32,000 nucleotides of DNA from NCBI RefSeq assembly GCF_000406145.1, contig NZ_CM001976.1, positions 4,057,472-4,089,471 of the forward strand. The letters run 5' to 3'. Positions 29,065 to 32,000 of this stretch are shown piece after piece. Origin of the DNA: Dickeya dadantii NCPPB 898 (GTDB taxonomy: Bacteria; Pseudomonadota; Gammaproteobacteria; Enterobacterales; Enterobacteriaceae). Each line of letters opens with the position of its first letter. Position 1 is the first letter of the stretch. The position numbers and the translations under genes were made by a program. Under the pieces are notes generated by a model. That model saw nothing but the letters and a program-made list of their open reading frames with translations. It did no database searches and was not told where the DNA came from.

Positions 29065-29875
29065 TCGCGTCCATCAAGGCCACTTCGCCCGTAAGCGTTT
29101 CGGCCAAAATTTTCTTAACGATCAGTTTGTGATCGACAGTATTGTTTCCGCCATCCACCCGCAGCCGGGTCAGGCGATAGTGGAAATCGGCCCCGGCCTG
29201 GGGGCGCTCACCATCCCGGTCGGCGAGCGTATCGACAGCTTTACCGTGGTGGAGCTGGACCGCGATCTGGCCGCCCGGCTGGAGGTTCACCCCACGCTCA
29301 GAGACAAGCTGACCATCATCCAGCAGGACGCAATGACGGTGGACTTCGCCGCGTTGTCACAACAGGCGGGACAACCGCTGCGGGTTTTTGGTAACCTGCC
29401 GTATAATATTTCGACACCGCTGATGTTCCACCTGTTCAGCTATACTCAGGCTATTCGCGACATGCACTTCATGTTGCAGAAAGAGGTGGTCAACCGGCTG
29501 GTGGCAGGGCCGGACAGCAAGGCTTATGGTCGGCTGAGCGTGATGGCGCAGTACTATTGTCAGGTCATTCCGGTGCTTGAAGTGCCGCCGACGGCCTTCA
29601 AACCGGCTCCTAAAGTGGATTCCGCGGTGGTGCGTCTGGTGCCGCACACCACATCGCCTTATCCGGCGGTGGATACGCGAATTCTGAGCCGGATTACCAC
29701 GGAAGCCTTTAATCAGCGACGCAAAACGCTGCGTAACAGCCTGGGCAACCTGTTCACACCGGAGCAATTGACCGCGCTGGAGGTGGACCCGAACGTCCGG
29801 GCGGAAAACGTCACCATTACGCAGTATTGTCGTCTGGCCGAGTGGCTGACCGCGCATCCCACATCGCAGGAATAA
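29057..29875 (+). CDS. rsmA: 16S rRNA (adenine1518/1519-N6) dimethyltransferase RsmA (KsgA)
   Basis: The ORF track starts at 29045. ATG 29057 gives [20 protein letters not shown], as in E. coli KsgA, and 272 aa. The SAM-binding motif [11 protein letters not shown] is present. Confidence 0.94.
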   Translation: MNNRVHQGHFARKRFGQNFLNDQFVIDSIVSAIHPQPGQAIVEIGPGLGALTIPVGERIDSFTVVELDRDLAARLEVHPTLRDKLTIIQQDAMTVDFAALSQQAGQPLRVFGNLPYNISTPLMFHLFSYTQAIRDMHFMLQKEVVNRLVAGPDSKAYGRLSVMAQYYCQVIPVLEVPPTAFKPAPKVDSAVVRLVPHTTSPYPAVDTRILSRITTEAFNQRRKTLRNSLGNLFTPEQLTALEVDPNVRAENVTITQYCRLAEWLTAHPTSQE

Positions 29876-29890
29876 GCTGGAGTTGTCGTC

Positions 29891-30268
29891 ATGATGAACG
29901 CCCCCCGAGTGTGTATACAGGTTCAAAGCTTCTACGTTGAAGCGCAGTCCCAGCCAGAAGAAGGGCGTTTCGTCTTCGCTTATACCATCACTATTCGCAA
30001 TCTGGGTCGTCATGACGTCAAACTGCTCAGCCGTTACTGGACGATTACCAACGGCAACGGCAAGCAAACCGAAGTTCAGGGCGAAGGCGTGATTGGCCTT
30101 CAGCCCGTCATTCAGCCGGGCAACGAATTCCAATACACCAGCGGCGCCATTCTGGAAACGCCGATGGGCACCATGGAAGGCCATTACCAGATGATTGACC
30201 ATCAGGGTGAAACATTTCAGGTCCCCATTACGGTATTCCGCCTGGCCATCCCCTCACTGATACACTGA
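29891..30268 (+). CDS. apaG: ApaG (DUF525) protein
   Basis: 125 aa. [14 protein letters not shown]...[14 protein letters not shown] and [19 protein letters not shown] are collinear with E. coli ApaG. Confidence 0.93.
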   Translation: MMNAPRVCIQVQSFYVEAQSQPEEGRFVFAYTITIRNLGRHDVKLLSRYWTITNGNGKQTEVQGEGVIGLQPVIQPGNEFQYTSGAILETPMGTMEGHYQMIDHQGETFQVPITVFRLAIPSLIH

Positions 30269-30274
30269 AAGATT

Positions 30275-31108
30275 ATGGCTACCTATCTTGTCGGCGACGT
30301 TCACGGCTGCGCCATCGAACTCAAAGCGCTGCTGGCGCAAGTCGCCTTTGACCCCGAGCATGACACTCTGTGGTTGACCGGCGATCTGGTCGCCCGCGGT
30401 CCCGATTCGCTGGAAGTGCTGCGCTATGTCCGTTCGCTGGGCGACGCGGTGCGCATGGTGCTCGGCAACCACGATTTGCATCTGCTGGCGGTGTACGCCG
30501 GCATCAGCCGCAACAAACCCAAGGATCGCCTGGATCCGCTGCTGTCGGCGCCGGATGCGGACGAGCTGATCAACTGGCTACGCCGCCAGCCGCTGCTGCA
30601 GGTGGACGAGGAACGCAAGCTGGTGATGTCCCATGCCGGCATCACGCCGCAGTGGGATCTGGACACCGCCAAAATGTGCGCGCGGGAAGTGGAAGCGATC
30701 CTCAGCAGCGATAGCTACCCACTGTTTCTGGACGCGATGTACGGTGACATGCCGAACCACTGGAGTCCGGAACTGAGCGGGCTGGCGCGTCTGCGGTTCA
30801 GCACCAACGTATTTACCCGCATGCGCTACTGCTTCTCCGGCGGCCAGCTCGACATGCTGTGCAAGGAAGCGCCGTCGCAGGCGCCGTCCTTGTTGAAACC
30901 CTGGTTCGAACTGCCGGGACCGGTATCGGCCGAATACGCCATCGCGTTCGGCCACTGGGCGTCGCTGGAAGGTAGAGGCACGCCGGAAGGCATCTACGCG
31001 CTGGATACCGGCTGCTGCTGGGGAGGCGCGCTCACCGGCCTGCGCTGGGAAGACCAGCGCTACTTCACCCAACCGTCGCTGACGGCCCCGGAAACCGACG
31101 CCATTTGA
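30275..31108 (+). CDS. apaH: Bis(5'-nucleosyl)-tetraphosphatase (symmetrical) ApaH
   Basis: 277 aa with metallophosphatase motifs [14 protein letters not shown] and GNHD. It is collinear with E. coli ApaH. Confidence 0.95.
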   Translation: MATYLVGDVHGCAIELKALLAQVAFDPEHDTLWLTGDLVARGPDSLEVLRYVRSLGDAVRMVLGNHDLHLLAVYAGISRNKPKDRLDPLLSAPDADELINWLRRQPLLQVDEERKLVMSHAGITPQWDLDTAKMCAREVEAILSSDSYPLFLDAMYGDMPNHWSPELSGLARLRFSTNVFTRMRYCFSGGQLDMLCKEAPSQAPSLLKPWFELPGPVSAEYAIAFGHWASLEGRGTPEGIYALDTGCCWGGALTGLRWEDQRYFTQPSLTAPETDAI

Positions 31109-31110
31109 TG

Positions 31111-31136
31111 TATCCGGCGGCGGTTGTCGCCGGATA
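31111..31136. terminator. Hairpin just after apaH (possible terminator)
   Basis: TATCCGGCG (31111-31119) and CGCCGGATA (31128-31136) form a 9-bp stem with an 8-nt loop, starting 3 nt after the apaH stop. No clear U-tract follows. Confidence 0.45.
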
Positions 31137-31271
31137 TCGCACGCCTGCCCCGATCTACAACATTACGCCCCGATCACACCGCCGTCTTCTCGGGTGAACA
31201 TGATGACCAAAGTCGATGCTGGACTAAGCGGGCCGATCGCTACCATCCAGCCATGCCGATATCGCCAAAGC

Positions 31272-32000
31272 TCAATGCTGATAAGGTTTCCTCATCACAG
31301 ATAAAATTGCCGCTACCTTTTTTCCTGCCCGAATCGAAGGCGTTTCAATCCATGTGAACATAACTGATGACATTAGGATACTGCCGGCAATAGAGAGCAT
31401 AAATATTGCCATTCTTTCGATAGATGTCGCTGAGTCTGATAAATGGTTTTTTAAAAAAACCATTACAGGATAATGAACGAGATAAAGTGAATAGGAGATG
31501 CCCCCGAGAAAAGTCAGTATCCGACTATTTCCTGTCTCATTGTTACCATTCAGTATAATGGCCGAAATCATGATAACCAACGCCAACCAGAAACCGCCAC
31601 TCAAGCCAAAAACCTGTGGACCAACAATAACAGCACCAGCTGCTGCAGCAGCGAAGGCTATTTTCGCAACGGTCCGGCTGCAAGGTGATTTATTGATTCT
31701 CCCCCTGATCATTAATTCAGCCAGCAACATACCAGCAATGAATTCAAACATGATGGTATTACTTATTAATTTAATCCAAGCTTGCCACCAGTGTGTAACC
31801 ATAATATCCGGCGACACCTGTGATGAGAAATTAAAATTGCCGTTGTAGTACAGCTGAAAACCTGTCATGGCGGCCACAAAAACCAGCGTGCAAATGTAGC
31901 TGCGATAGCGGTAATTGATGTACATCGATACAGAAAAAATAAAGTAGAACATTATTTCGTAGGATAACGTCCACGGAGGGCCAAGAGCACTGTAGCCGAA
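31272..32000 (-). CDS. Acyltransferase-3 family (OafA/YrhL-like) integral membrane protein, 5' end outside window
   Basis: The frame remains open from 31952 to the window edge (FGYSALGPPWTLSYEIMFYFIF...). WTLSYE..FY resembles the W(S/T)LS.E..FY motif of Acyltransferase_3. The product is multi-TM. The gene is markedly AT-rich compared with the adjacent apaH. Confidence 0.7.
   Translation of the reverse strand, partial: FGYSALGPPWTLSYEIMFYFIFSVSMYINYRYRSYICTLVFVAAMTGFQLYYNGNFNFSSQVSPDIMVTHWWQAWIKLISNTIMFEFIAGMLLAELMIRGRINKSPCSRTVAKIAFAAAAAGAVIVGPQVFGLSGGFWLALVIMISAIILNGNNETGNSRILTFLGGISYSLYLVHYPVMVFLKNHLSDSATSIERMAIFMLSIAGSILMSSVMFTWIETPSIRAGKKVAAILSVMRKPYQH

Noticed and set aside
24317-30202. 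Long antisense ORFs opposite lptD (24317..25249), surA (26735..27637), pdxA (28033..28569) and rsmA-apaG (29357..30202)
   Set aside because: All overlap well-supported conserved genes on the other strand. They have no RBS or start context and show arginine/glycine/histidine-rich compositions.

Overview
This is a high-GC enterobacterial chromosomal window. Its core gene order matches the E. coli K-12 thiPQ / yabI / polB-rapA-rluA-djlA-lptD-surA-pdxA-rsmA-apaG-apaH neighbourhood. The protein sequences look Pectobacteriaceae-like (Dickeya/Brenneria-type), but that is inference only. Core content: thiP (partial), thiQ, the ivbL leader with attenuator plus ilvBN, yabI, a LivFGMH-type ABC importer with its binding protein, polB with a LexA box, rapA, rluA, djlA, lptD, surA, pdxA, rsmA, apaG and apaH. 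A second AT-rich accessory gene, an acyltransferase-3 family protein, is cut by the right window edge. The notable part is a visibly AT-rich accessory island of about 6.5 kb (roughly 4.95-11.5 kb) between yabI and the liv-like operon. (1) It starts with a sigma70-like promoter driving a 283-aa protein that has no signal peptide and combines a peptidoglycan-binding domain with a DUF3380/PF11860-type N-acetylmuramidase domain. (2) Three translationally coupled paralogous signal-peptide proteins follow. (3) A convergent orphan hcp (T6SS tube protein) comes next, separated by a strong bidirectional hairpin. (4) A second copy of the same promoter plus the first 18 codons of the muramidase gene is fused directly to two more paralogs, so the effector is deleted and the putative immunity genes are kept. 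(5) An IS256-family element with an 8-bp target duplication clips the last 9 codons of paralog 5. (6) An orphan lipoprotein gene closes the island. I interpret this as an orphan Hcp-associated T6SS muramidase effector with a five-member array of an immunity (muramidase inhibitor) family I do not recognise. That function is inference from domain motifs and gene context. No database search, HMM scoring or GC calculation could be run. All coordinates, repeats and mismatch counts were read by eye from the sequence.
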